Assembly: GCA_028534125.1 (NCBI GenBank) | Contig: CM052816.1 | Location: forward strand, 58,592,001-58,656,000 | Direction: 5' to 3' | DNA from: Lama glama | Lineage: Eukaryota | DNA: 64,000 nucleotides | In this document: positions 25,850 through 38,030 of the stretch, piece after piece | How positions within the stretch are numbered: position 1 is the stretch's first letter | How the letters are laid out: every line of letters starts with the position of its first letter | The notes under the pieces: generated by a model | What the model was told of the DNA's origin: nothing | What the model saw: only the letters and a program-made list of their open reading frames with translations | Databases searched by the model: none | Program-made: the position numbers and the translations under genes

Positions 25850-26230
25850 AAATTGTGAAGCAAATAAATTTAGGAAATTCATTAAGAACAAGTCATGCCA
25901 TATCAACTTCATATCTCTTTTTGAGAAGGTCAACAGACTGGCAGATGAAGGGAATGCAGAGAGAATCCTGAGAGTGTCGGGCACATCCTTGTGCACAGAG
26001 GGCAGGTAGGCAGATTCCAATGGGGCTGAATAATGGAATCTAATTAGGATGAATGAATGAATGGACCATTTATGCCCACCTGGAGGGAGGTTTCTAGTGG
26101 TGACCACAGATAACACAGGCAGGCTTGTCCAGATTTGCAGCTGACAAAACACTGGAAAGGAAACTAACCCACTGACTACGAGTACGTCAACATTGATCAA
26201 GGTCTCTGTAAGGCTAGAATGATGGGCTAA
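25850..26230 (+). mobile_element. L3/CR1 LINE fragment
   Basis: AAGTCATGCC...TTTTTTGAGAAGGTCAACAGACTGGCAGATGAAGGGAATGCAG resembles a CR1 RT-region remnant. Confidence 0.6.
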
Positions 26231-27549
26231 AACAAACCTAGTCGTTTTAAAAGCTCACATTCTGAGAAGACAAATTCCTCTTCTCTTTTGAGATCATCGC
26301 TACCCTCCTGTGTCAGAGGGGGATAAGCCTGATCTTTGGGCTGCGATAATCAAGTATGATAACGTATTGAGAAAATGAGCAAAAAACATTCACAGCAAGG
26401 TGGTTATTCTGAAGGTGAGACATTTCAGTGTTCATGCATTTAAGTACCTCGTATCCGTTTTCAAATATCAGTGGCAGGAATAAATCATTTCAAATATGTA
26501 AAACTCAATTTTTAAAAATTCATAGTATAAATACTAGATAAGGGAAATCTGGCTTAATAACTGTTCGTTTTTAAAAGTACATTTCCTTGGACAGAATTTC
26601 AACAAAATCTAACAAGCTATCGCAAACCCTGGCAGTATTTACAGAGATAGTGCTTAGATCATGGAATGATACAGTTATTAAAAAGTAACCCCTGCATAAC
26701 CTTGAAATTTGAACTAGGTACCTCTCCAGGAGGGAGACTAAAATTGTTAAAAGACCTAGAAAAACCCCTTTTGCAGACAAATGACTGGAAAAACAGGAAA
26801 TGTTTGGCTTGGGGAACTCAACGTTACAAGGACCATTAAGGCAGCCTTCACACTGAAGAGTTGTCTTTGTAGTCCTAGAAATGGTTCTTTGAAAAAAAAC
26901 ACAAACACTCCACAGGGTCACATTTCATCTCAATGTTAGGAAGTCTCTCCCTTTAGACTCTACACACCCTCCCCAAAATAACAAATAACAATTTGATCTC
27001 ATGCCATTTGTGCAAAGCTTAACTTGTTTGATATTTGGGGGCTGGGGGTGGGGGAATGGACTGGACTGCAGGACTTCTAAGGTCTCCTTCAAGGCAGCCT
27101 GTGATTGTGCTTTAAGGCCACAGCACAAGGAGAGAGAGGACCACTGCCCAATGTCCAGCACAAAAACATTAACAATATCTGGTCAATATGTTGAGAGAAG
27201 AGAAAAATAAAAAAGGAGTGAAAAGGCCACGGGGTCTAGCTTAAAGGGCTCCCAGGTCACCTTCACAGAACCTATATCATAAGAATGATAGGGACTTCAG
27301 TCAAACAGCTGAATCAGAATCAGGGCCAAAAGGGAAGCACAGATCCTTACTGAGTATGTTAAGCTGAAAGCCAGCTAATGTTGAAAAAAAAAAAAAAGAA
27401 AAAGAAAATATTTACTGGCCAAAAGTTATCTTAATAGAAAACTAACCTAACATGGAAAAGATAAGCCTGAAAATGCTATGCTTCAAAATTATTCTTTAAA
27501 GCAAACTGTCAATAAGTAAATAAGGAAGTAAATAAATAAATAAATAAAT

Positions 27550-28065
27550 GTTATCATATTAAAGGGCAATCTGTTCCTTTCTGATCATATGCCTTTAATT
27601 AATTTGCCTAATTTCAACATTTTAGGCAATTTACTAATGATGTGCCTATAATCTAAATAGAATCATTTAATAACCACCACCATTCCTGGGCTCTCAGATG
27701 TCTGACATTCTTTACTAGGAGAGTTTCCCCTAACAAACTAATAGCCCCAGATAACACGCATCTTATCAGAGTCAAACCCCACTACTTTCACGGACCCTAA
27801 ACCTCTTACCTCACCTACAACCAATCAGAGCCTTGTGCACAAGATGATCAGACACCTTGTGACCCGACCTTATAAACTTATAAAACACCCCAACAACCAG
27901 CCCTCAGGGCTCATGCAGGCACCACTCGTCTGTGTGGCCCGCTGTTGTCTGTGACAGCATACCCTGGTAAACTCCTTTCTATTCCCATACTCTGTCTCTA
28001 GTAAATTCTTTTACCAACCTGCATGTCACCATGCCACCGACCGGCCGCCCCATTGTGCCCACAAC
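27550..28065 (+). mobile_element. Possible ERV solo LTR in OCLN intron 1
   Basis: CCAATCAG, TATAAAA, AGTAAA-type poly(A) signal and ...ACAACA end in LTR order; 5' end and TSD not resolved. Confidence 0.5.
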
Positions 28066-29849
28066 AAGACACTGCACTTTTAATAAGCTCTCCAGATGAT
28101 TTTTAAGCACACCATGTATTTTGAGAAGCATTGCCTAGAATAAAAGCATCAGTCCAGGGAGGGCCTTGATCTTGAGGGTTTACTGTTTAGAAGGCCCAGA
28201 ACTTTACATGGCAGGCATCTCCCGTTCTGGTTTCAGCTCAAATGTCACCTCCTCAGAGATGCCCTCACTGTCACTCACTCCAACCACCAAATCTATTTTC
28301 AGAGCAAACCTCCCCCAACTAAATTATTATTTCTTTCTTTCTGTTTTTCAACTGCTACATCTCCACTCCAACAGGAATACCAGCTTGCCAAGTGCATAGA
28401 TTTCTGTCTTGATCATCACTTATTCCCAACCCCTAGAACTAATCCCTGGTACAAAGCAATGCTCAATCAGTATTTGATTTATAAAACCAACAGCCCATAT
28501 TAGAGTTGGGATTTCAAACCAATAGTGAATGCCTTGAAGTTCTTCACATAACTAACACCCAGGAAAAACAACCCTTCAACTTAAGTTCAACAGAAGTGGT
28601 TAAGTGCTTACAGCCTAAATGAAAGAAGAGAAGAGAGTCAAACTCACATCCATATGGGCATCACCTGGGAGCTTGTTAGAAAAGCAGACTCTTAGGCCCC
28701 ACCTCTGACTATGAATCAGAATCTGTATTTGAATAAGATCCCCAGGTGACTCATTCCACATTCAAGACTGGAAAGCACAAAGTTACAGAACAGCTGCAAG
28801 TCTGGAGGCTAAAAAAAAAAGTACAACAAAAATTCACATGGTCTTTTTACTACAGTATTTCCATAAATAGTAACATGGATGAAAAAAGCCCACTAAATAG
28901 TCTAATCAAGTAAGTCTTGAAATGCAACTGAAGAAAACTTCCCTCTGGAAGGTTCCTGGGAAGATGAGACATTATATCAGTTAATTTATATGGTTGAAAA
29001 AGTAACCTATCATTTTGAAAGAACAGCAGCAATTCCAACATTACCTTTAGAAGAAAACGGGAGAATTTTACCTTTACATCAAGCAAGATGGGGTACACTT
29101 ACATGAGGCCATCGGGACTAGTCAAAGGTAGAGAATTCCAGAAAATCTCCCCCAAGCTGGTTTTTGTGCTGAATTATCAAGGACCTGCTTTTCTAATATA
29201 CCTTCCCTGATGAACTAGTTTTCAAGCCAGCCCATTTGTAACATGTTTCCCCTTCCTGGTGTTTATTCACTTTTAAAATGGAGTTCTGCAACACAACATT
29301 GTAAACCGACTATACTTCAACTTTTTAAAATGGATCTCTAATAAGATCTAGCTTTTGGAGGTGCTGACGTGATTAAATGATATATAGTACAAAAGGCTTC
29401 TAGCGCGGTGCCTTACACGTAGGAAGCAATGCTCATCATCTCCCTGAATTGCCTGGGAAGTTGTGGAAACCTCGCTCTCTTCCTCTCCATCGCCCAGCAA
29501 AGGAAGCTCCTAATAAGTAAGTAAACGCAAAACTACAAAAACCAGAAGTGTTGTTTTGTCTGGGGAGATATTACTGTGATGTCACCATTTAAAATGCCTA
29601 TTTAAAAACACCTGGAAGAGAAAGTAAAGATTCAACATGTATAGTGCAAAAGAAACACTGTTACACATGGGAATGCTTAGTTTGAGAAATCTGTCTCTGT
29701 CTAGAAAGAACTAGTTTCAATCACAAAAAGCACACGTGCCTTAATAGGAAGGGTTTCTCTTTTCCAAGGATTTCAATAATACACCTGTTGTGCGTGAGGG
29801 CCACACACTAACCTGGAAGGCTGCCTCCTCCCAGCCCTTGGTCATTTCC

Positions 29850-31500
29850 CAGGTGGGCAGCCCGGCCAGCCCCAAGGCCGACCCAAGGATGCCGTGACTT
29901 TTCTTCCGGCTCAGCCGCTTCACCTGGGACACGAGGGGCTCGGAGCTGGTCCCGCAGCCCTAAAGTGCTATGGCCATTTTGGCCCCTTATCCCACCTGGC
30001 CCCGCACACTTCCTCCCACGCAGGCAACAGGTGCGCTGCGCGCTGGGCCAGCCCTTCCGCGGGTCGCAATTGCCGGCGGCTCCGCCCGTAGCCGGTCCCG
30101 GCGGCCGTGAGGACCCCACGACGCCAAGAGCACCCCAGGTAGTGCGCGCTAGCGCTGGCCGAGCAGGGACGGCCCCGAGGCAGTTCCGCCCACCTGGCGG
30201 CGACCTTTCGGTCACGGGTGAGAATCCGAAGCGTGAGCAGCTTCCTCGAAGTAGTTTCACTCGAAATGAAATCCCCGCCCCCCAGCTTAAATCAAAGCGG
30301 GCTCATACAACCCCCACCAACGGGATTTAAACCAGCCTATCAGCCCACCTAGGAATACTGCAGGGTGTAAACCCGACCACTCCCTCTCTCCCTGGGATAC
30401 GCAAAGTGGAAGGGCGGAGATAAGGTCTCCCCGGGGTCCGAGCCGCCCCGCCCCAGCCAGCACGCGGCCCCCTTCGCTCCAGCCCTCAAGCTCAGGGGCC
30501 CTCTCCTCCAGGACCCCTAGAATTGCATCTGGGAGAGGTGGGCACAGGATTCTCGCTGTCCACCAACCTCCCACCGGCCCCCATAAAAGCAAAAAGTTGT
30601 CTGCCCCGCCTGGACCCTGGTGGCTTTAAGCGTTTCCGCTGAAGGACTTGATGGGCGGCTGCAAGCCGCCCCTCGCCAGGAGAAGCAGCCTCCAAGTTCG
30701 CCCCGCATGGCTGTCTCCGCGGCCCCGTGCCTCTCCGGTTCCCACGAGCCCGGGCCAAGAGGCGAAACCGCCACCGAAACCAGCGCCGAGCGTCCTCTCC
30801 CCGCGCCAGCACTCCAGACACAGGCGTCGCGGTACCCCCGGCGCCGCGCCCAACTCTCACCTCCTCAGGGCAGCCAGGCCCGACCCTCCAAGGACCGCGA
30901 GAGCCAAGAAGCGCGCTCACCCGGAGGGCACACCTGGTGTCGTGCAGACCTCCCGCAAGCAGCCCGGGACTGAGCTAGGGACCCACCCCTCCTCCTCCCC
31001 CTTTGCCCCCGCCGCCACCCAGCCATTCTGCCCCCGGGCATGCGCACCAACGCCAGGCCTGGGTGCTGGAGGTCCTCTCCCCCGCGGCGCGGAGCCCCAC
31101 CTGCTTCGCCCTGCGCGGGCTCCTTGACGTCCGGTCTAGTTCTCCTGGGAGTCCGGCCGCCTCCTCCAGAGGAAGGAGAAAGGGGGAGGTGGACGCTGAC
31201 AAGGAGGTGTGGTGTGGTAGCCTCCTCCCTCGGTGACCCATTCACCTGAAACTCCGATAGGAGGGGGAAGGGAGCGGTGGAGAAGCAGGCGGGAGGAACC
31301 CGCCGGTCTCCGCACCCCCTTGCAGCGCGCGGAATTAAAGGAACAGCGGCTCGTTTCAGCTCGAGGGGGCGGGGACCGGGCGCGGAGGGGTGGCGTAAGG
31401 TGGGGATTCAGGCTTCCGGAGGGTGTCGGGGGCGGGGGAGTCCTGGACCCCCGGGGACCGCTCGGAGCTTCGCGAGTTTCAGGTAGAACAATGGAGTGTT
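29850..31500 (-). promoter_or_regulatory. OCLN: OCLN CpG-island promoter and first-intron regulatory region
   Basis: High GC and CpG density, GC boxes, multiple CAGGTG/CACCTG E-boxes, directly upstream of exon 2 on the minus strand. Confidence 0.9.
31101..31250 (-). other. OCLN: OCLN non-coding exon 1 (5' end approximate)
   Basis: Sequence GAGTTTCAGGTGAATGGGTCACCGAGGGAGGAGG... resembles the human OCLN 5' UTR as I recall it; ends in GAAGCAG|GTGGGG donor at 31101. Confidence 0.65.
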
Positions 31501-32639
31501 TGACGAGTGAGGTCTGGAGGGGACTGTTTTCCTTCTGCAGACTGTCCAAGGGCGCTCAGCACTTTGGCAAGAAAGGCACGTCCTCACACAAAACTTTCCT
31601 GCTCCAAAAACTTGGTTAAAGTTTTGTTGGAAAGAAGCATCCGGATGTGAGAGATTTTCAAAGTCATGCGTAAATTTAGAAACTGTTTCTGAGTCTCTGG
31701 ATCCAGATAAAGACCATTCATTATGCAGCGTGGTTCAATGAAGGTGAAGCACTGTGTAAATACCAGTGTCGGTAAATTTGCCATCAAAATTAAATGCATA
31801 CTACAATATACATTATTACTATTTCAAGGTCCTCTACCCTTCCTCCCTAAATCTAACTATGGTATGATTGAAGTCGGCTGGCTCTTGAGGAGATTTAAAC
31901 TATTTTAATATTCTCTTTGGCTTTAAAAACAAACAAACCAACCCCAGTTCTGTGTGCTGTGTTCTATTTCTTGATCTGGAGGCTGTTTCTTAAGGAGCGT
32001 ACAATTAAGAACAGTAGTCTACACTTAACGATGTGTACACTTTTAAGTATGTATGTTGTATTTCGATATTTTTTCATTGTACTCCTGAGTGTGGTAATTC
32101 TGGTTATCGCTATTTAACTATTGCATTGAAGGCTAAAATTGAGGTTTCTTAAATCCTGCTTTACTTTTGTATTCCAGTCTGGAATGTCAGCATTGCTGAT
32201 ACATTTCTGTTCAATTCCACCCACACTTCACTCCTCTGATTAAGTGGTTAGAGATGTGACTCTCCCATGCATTACGATCTTTTAAGGCACCATTCAATAC
32301 TTAAGGAAGTAGAAGCATTATGTAAATATAAGGTATTTTAAATGATGACAGCCTGAAATCGGTAATTAATGTAATTGGTATTCCTTTCGTGGAAGTCATT
32401 GCTAGAATTACTTTAATATGACTATGTAGTTTTTGAATGATGCCGTTTAAATTGGTTTTGTTAACACTGGGGAAGTCAATTTAATCCTCTTAATGTTCCC
32501 TGTCAGATTACTGAAATCTCCAAACATTCCAGTCGGTTTATAATTAGACAAGGGAACATTTCCTAATACTCTCAGAGTTATAAACACATGTCTATTATTT
32601 TATAGTGTACTTGGACATCTGGAGAGAACTTTAAGTTCT

Positions 32640-33310
32640 TTAAAACTGAAATATATTTCACATAACATAAAACTCACCCTTAATTTTGTTTTTTTTTTTA
32701 ACACTTTTGTTGTGGTATGGTTCTTGCACAGTAAACTGCACATACTTCAGATGTACACTTTGATGAATTTTGATAGATGTATACACCAAAGAAACCACTA
32801 CCACAATCATGATAGCTAACAAAATCCATCCTTAATTTAAAAATGTGTATACAATTCAGTGGGTTTTGGTATATTCACAAGGTTCTATAACTACCACCAC
32901 TATCTAATTCTAGAACAATTTCAACACCCAAAAAGAGACCCTATGTGCATAGCAGTCACTTCTTGATTCCTCTTGCTTCTAGACCCTGGCAATCATTAAT
33001 CTACTTTCTATTTCTACTGATTTGCCCATTCTGGACATTTTATATGAATTGTTAATACAATATGTGGCTTTTTGTCTGGATTCTTTCCCTTAGGATAATG
33101 CTTTCAAGTTTCATTCATGTTGTACTACCCACTGGCACTCCATTCCTTTTTATGGCTTAATAATATTCCATTGCATGGATGTACCACTTTTGTTTAAACC
33201 TTCATTGGAAGCACATATGTGTTGTCTCCACTTTTTGGCTGTTATGAATAATGCTGCTGTGAACATTCATGTACAGGTTTTTGTGTGAATATATTTTTTA
33301 ATTCTCTTAG
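32640..33310 (-). mobile_element. Old L1 3' fragment(s)
   Basis: Reverse L1MB/MC 3' motifs (TTCTGGACATTTTATAT, TAATATTCCATTG, GAATAATGCTGCTGTGAACATTCATGTAC). Confidence 0.8.
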
Positions 33311-36300
33311 GCAAATTAGTTAAGTTAAACTTTTTATCATTTCAAGAGACTAACTTATGCATATCATGTTACTTTTCTTATTTCCACTTTACACCTAAAT
33401 CCAAAGACATGTTAGGATGGAAAGTTAGTGACCATATTTTATTTGCTTCCCTAATTCATTCATTCAACAACCATTAAGTAGTCAACAAAACACCCAAATC
33501 CCTGTCTTAGCAAAAATTACACTCTAGGTACTGCTGTATTCATGCATATGGAATAAAGGAATTTTTAACTTAAGCTTAAACTGGTAATAGTTTCAGATCA
33601 TTTTAAACTGCAAAATGGCAGTTTCATTTGGTTCAGCTTTATACTAAGCTAAATTTCTGTTGGAGTGTTGTCTATCATTTTTGTTCCATTCAGATTAGTT
33701 TTCCAAACAATGCTAACATTTAGAAATCTAGAAACTGTGTTCTTTTAACAACTACCTAATAGCATGCATATTAGATAGTAATTGAAAATGTTGAAAAAGA
33801 AGATCCAACCTTAAAACCTACACCCATCAGTAGCAAAACAATATTTTTTGGATAAAAGATGATGCCATGCTGAATGTAATCATGTTACATAATCATAACC
33901 TGTATCAAAATTTTAATTAGTCAAATATTCCGTCTTGGCAACTTTTAATAGTATTATCCACTGTTATCCACTAATGAACATTATTTGATGAAAATCCTCA
34001 CCAGTCAGAAACAAAGTAAATATTATTCTCAGAGGACCCATGGTTAGAAATTTGTTGACTTTACCTGCAGTCAAATGAGTAGGATTAAAAAAGCAATTCT
34101 TTTATTCCTTTTTATATGTAAAGGAGAAAGTTAAGAGCTCAGACTATGGTGTCAGAAATTTGGATTCAAAATCTCAGTGTTGCCACTTATTAGCTGGATG
34201 GGAAATTAAACTCCTAAGCTTCATTTTTCTCCACTGTAAATTTAGGATGCTATTACACAGCACTCTCTTCATAAGAGTGTTGGGACTCATGTGGACCATT
34301 CACCAAGTCAGACCACATGCTAGGCATGAAAACAAGTCTTAATACATTTAATAAGTCATTGCTGTATCCCGTCTGCCTGAGACACTCCCTGTAATGTCAC
34401 ACAGTTATTCTATAAATATTTGTTGAATGAAAGAATGAATATACTCCTGATTCCTGAATCTGACACGCCTGTGGCATCGTGTCCATTGCTCACATAGCCT
34501 GCTGCACTGTGAAAACAGCACATTCCTTAATAGCATATCAAGGCTTATAGCTCTAGTACTAGCACTTAGAAGAGAAAAGACAAGGGATGAGAATGTTTCT
34601 ACTCAGTCTCACCTGCTTAGTGGATGAATTCAATGACCAGTATCTGTGCAAGAGCAACTCAATTTGGAGTTGCTGCGGGCCTGGCCCAAAGGACGTCCGG
34701 GTTCCCCTCCCAGGCATGAGGTGGGAGGCTCCCAGCCCACAGAGGACAGTTTCCTAGGACAGATTTATGGAGGAATTTAAGGGGAAGTCACCAAGAAGGC
34801 AATTTCTGAGAGGATGATGACATTTGATGAGTAAAGCTCTATCTCCCCAATTCCTGTGTATTAGGCAAGAGCCTCCCGGAAGAATCTAAGATTAAACAGA
34901 GTCAGCATCTGAACTGGAACTTTAAGAGTAGAATAATAATAGTAATCACCATCATTTACTCAGGGTATCCATGTGCCAGGCACTGTACTGTGTGCTTTAT
35001 GGACTTTTTCCTTTATAGCAGTTTTGTGATGTAGTGTTATTTTCCCTGTTTGTGAAAACCTAAAGCTTAGAAAGTTTTGATCATTTACTCAAGATATCTA
35101 CTAAGCTGTAGAGTCAGGATTCAAAAACAGATTATTTAATTCCAGCACTAATTTTTTTTAACAGTTTTACTATACTTTAGGGCTGCTTTTTGTCTTTAAA
35201 AAAAAAAAAACACTCCACACTTTTAAAAACTACCAATAGGAAGATTTCAGAATGCAGCTATAGAAAAAAAAATCCTAAAAAAACCCCACAAAAAACTGAG
35301 CACAACAGAGTGTTAAGGTTGAGAATGAACCAATCAGAGCTACTCCCAACAGGATGAATCATTCAAACATAAATTTGAATAAAGAAGCTCCTCCCCAGTA
35401 CAGTATGATTCTATAGATATAATTTCAAAAACAGGCAAAACTAAAGTACATCATTTGGAGATTCATAAATACAAAGAAAAGCAAAAGAATTGTTACCATA
35501 AAAGTCAAGAGAGTGGTTCCGTAGGAGAAAGGAGAGGGTAAGCATGGGAAGACAGGGTGCCGGCAATATCTGTTTCTTCGCCTGTGCGCAGTTACACAGC
35601 TCTGAGCCTTACAACAATTTATTTAACTATATACATATGCTTGGTGCACTTTTTGGTAGGAATTTTATATTTTATAATTTAAAAAATGTATTTAAAAGAA
35701 TAGAGTTTAGAAACATTGTTAAAAGGTGGTTGGATACCCACGTGCAGGTGTTCTGTTTTGTGAGTAACATTCCTCAAATAACAGCAGAAGATCACCTTGT
35801 AGGATTGGAGGAAATTGAGATTATCATCTGAAGAGGGGGAGGGAAGGTTTCGATCCGGACAGAATATTTCTATAATTATATGGATGATGCAGAGAGAGAT
35901 TTGGAACTGATTTTTTGGTTTTTTAATTGCATCAGTCATCCATTGCAGTGGAAAATTGGCCTTACAGGCTTTTCAGAAACCAGTCGTCCTGAAAATTTTA
36001 AGGTCAAAAAAGGAAAGAGGAAAAAGTAAACGTTAACCAAATACTGCAAATGCTGTGTTCTTGTATCTAATTTTAATTTCTCGGGGCTCTTTACCTCTTG
36101 TGTCCACAAATGTTAAAAAGTACTAATAGTAAGCTTGTAGCTTAGCACAAGGACTCCTAATCCTAGAAATACCACTTGGATTGGTTTGGTATGAAACTGA
36201 TATACTCTAGGCAGACTACCTACTTCCTGTGACATTCTGTGGGTTATAAGACACGGTTTCTTATCCACTACAGGGGCGTCCACATGCCAGCTTTTCTGAT

Positions 36301-37665
36301 GTTATTTGGAATTTCTTCAGGAGAAATTTTAGGAGCCTGTAAAGAGGAACTCACTACAGCTCCTGAAAGGTTGATACTTCACACATAGGGTGTGGTCTAC
36401 ATGATGCATTTGTCAATTGTATACCTAAAGAAATATTTACTCAGTCAAAAAATATTTATTTAATATCTTCTATGTACTGGATCCTGTTCTACCCCCTAGA
36501 AATACAGCAGACTCAAGACAGAGAGGGTCCCCACGGAACCCATGCTCTACGTGGGAGAAAACATGCAACGGTGATGACTCAACTGAAAATGAACAAGATA
36601 ATGTCAGATAGTAATGAGTGATTTGAGGAAACAAAACAGGCTAAGGGGCTGGGAGAGACAGTGGGGAGGAGCTGCCTCGGGTAGAGTGATCACGGGTCGC
36701 TGATCTGAAGGGCTGACATTTGAGCTGAGACTTTAATGATGAGAAGGAACCAGCCATGCAAAGATCTTGGCCAAGAACATCCTAGGGCAAAATCTAGGAC
36801 CACTTTGGTGATTCAAAGTACAGGAGGCCAGAAGAAGGGGAAAGGGTGGGAGGTGCAATCTGAGGAAGGCAGAGGTCAGATCTTGGCTGCCATGCCATCT
36901 GAGTGTGCGTTTTCTCTAACCGTAATGGGAAGACTGGGGGAGATTTTAGGCATTTCATAGTGATGAATCTATGTTTTGAATTTTGTGGGATTTTAAGTGT
37001 CAACCTCAGCAGTTTCCTGTTTTTTTTAAATAATTTTTTGTAACACTTGAGTACTTCTTTTTAAAGTCTGTATCTTCTAAATAGAAAGGATTAAACCTGA
37101 GAGAGCCAGGGTGATCTGAAACCCAACTGATAGGATCTTTGAGAAATGTAAACCACTCCTCTTCATCTTCCTACATGAATCTTAATTAGAACGGTTGGCC
37201 TCCGTGCCTGAGAGGTACCAGATGCAGAGGGATGAGAAAACGAGAGGGTAAGAGAAGGGCTACCATAATCACATAATTATTTATTTTTCAGACTTTTTCC
37301 ATATTTTCTAAAATTTCTCATTGAACAAGTAGGAATTACTTTTGACAATTAGGAAAAAGATATTTCATTTTTTCCTAATTTACTATGTTGGAAAATTTAA
37401 ACCTATAGAAAAGTTGAGAAAATAACACAATGAATTATATTCTTCACTGAAATTCGCCAGTTGTTAACACTGTCCATGTTTGCTTGCTCTCTCTCTCATA
37501 CACATATGAAATGTATATATAGTATACATTTTTTGCTCAACCATTTATACTCAAACATTTATACTTTTATTTGCTTCAAAAGTAATTTACAGATATGATG
37601 ACACTTCACCCTGATGTAGTTCAGCATGTATCTCCTAAGAACCAAGACATTCTCCTGTACAACCA

Positions 37666-38030
37666 CTGTCAGTTTGTGCTGCTTTAACAGAATACCATAG
37701 AGTAGGTGGTTTGTCAACAACAGAAATGTAGTTCTCACAGATCTGAAGGATAGAAATCTGAGACCAGGGTGCCAGCGTGGTCAGGTTCTGGTGAGAATCC
37801 TCTTCAGACTTGCAGATGGCAGTTTTCTCCTCATATGAAGAGGGCAAGTGAGCTCTCTGGGGTCTGTCTTACAAGATCTTACAAGGGTGCTATTCCTGCT
37901 CATATGGGCTCCACCCTCATGACCTTATCACCTCCTCAAAGGCTCCACCTCCTAATACTATCACACTGGGGGTTAGAATTTTAACATATGAATTGGGGTG
38001 GGGGGTGACACAAACATTCAGTCCATAACA
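37666..38030 (-). mobile_element. MLT1A/B-like MaLR solo LTR
   Basis: Reverse MLT1 motifs (CAACAGAAAT...TTCTCACAG, GGCTCCACCCTCATGACC, CACAAACATTCAGTCCATAACA). Confidence 0.85.

Noticed and set aside
30190..30203. CTCF-like CCACCTGGCGGCGA
   Set aside because: Two mismatches to the core in GC-rich DNA; not supportable without ChIP data
29741..31619. Many overlapping 60-160 aa ORFs in the OCLN CpG island
   Set aside because: Pro/Arg/Gly/Ala-rich ORFs on both strands are expected from stop-codon scarcity in GC-rich DNA; no recognisable domain
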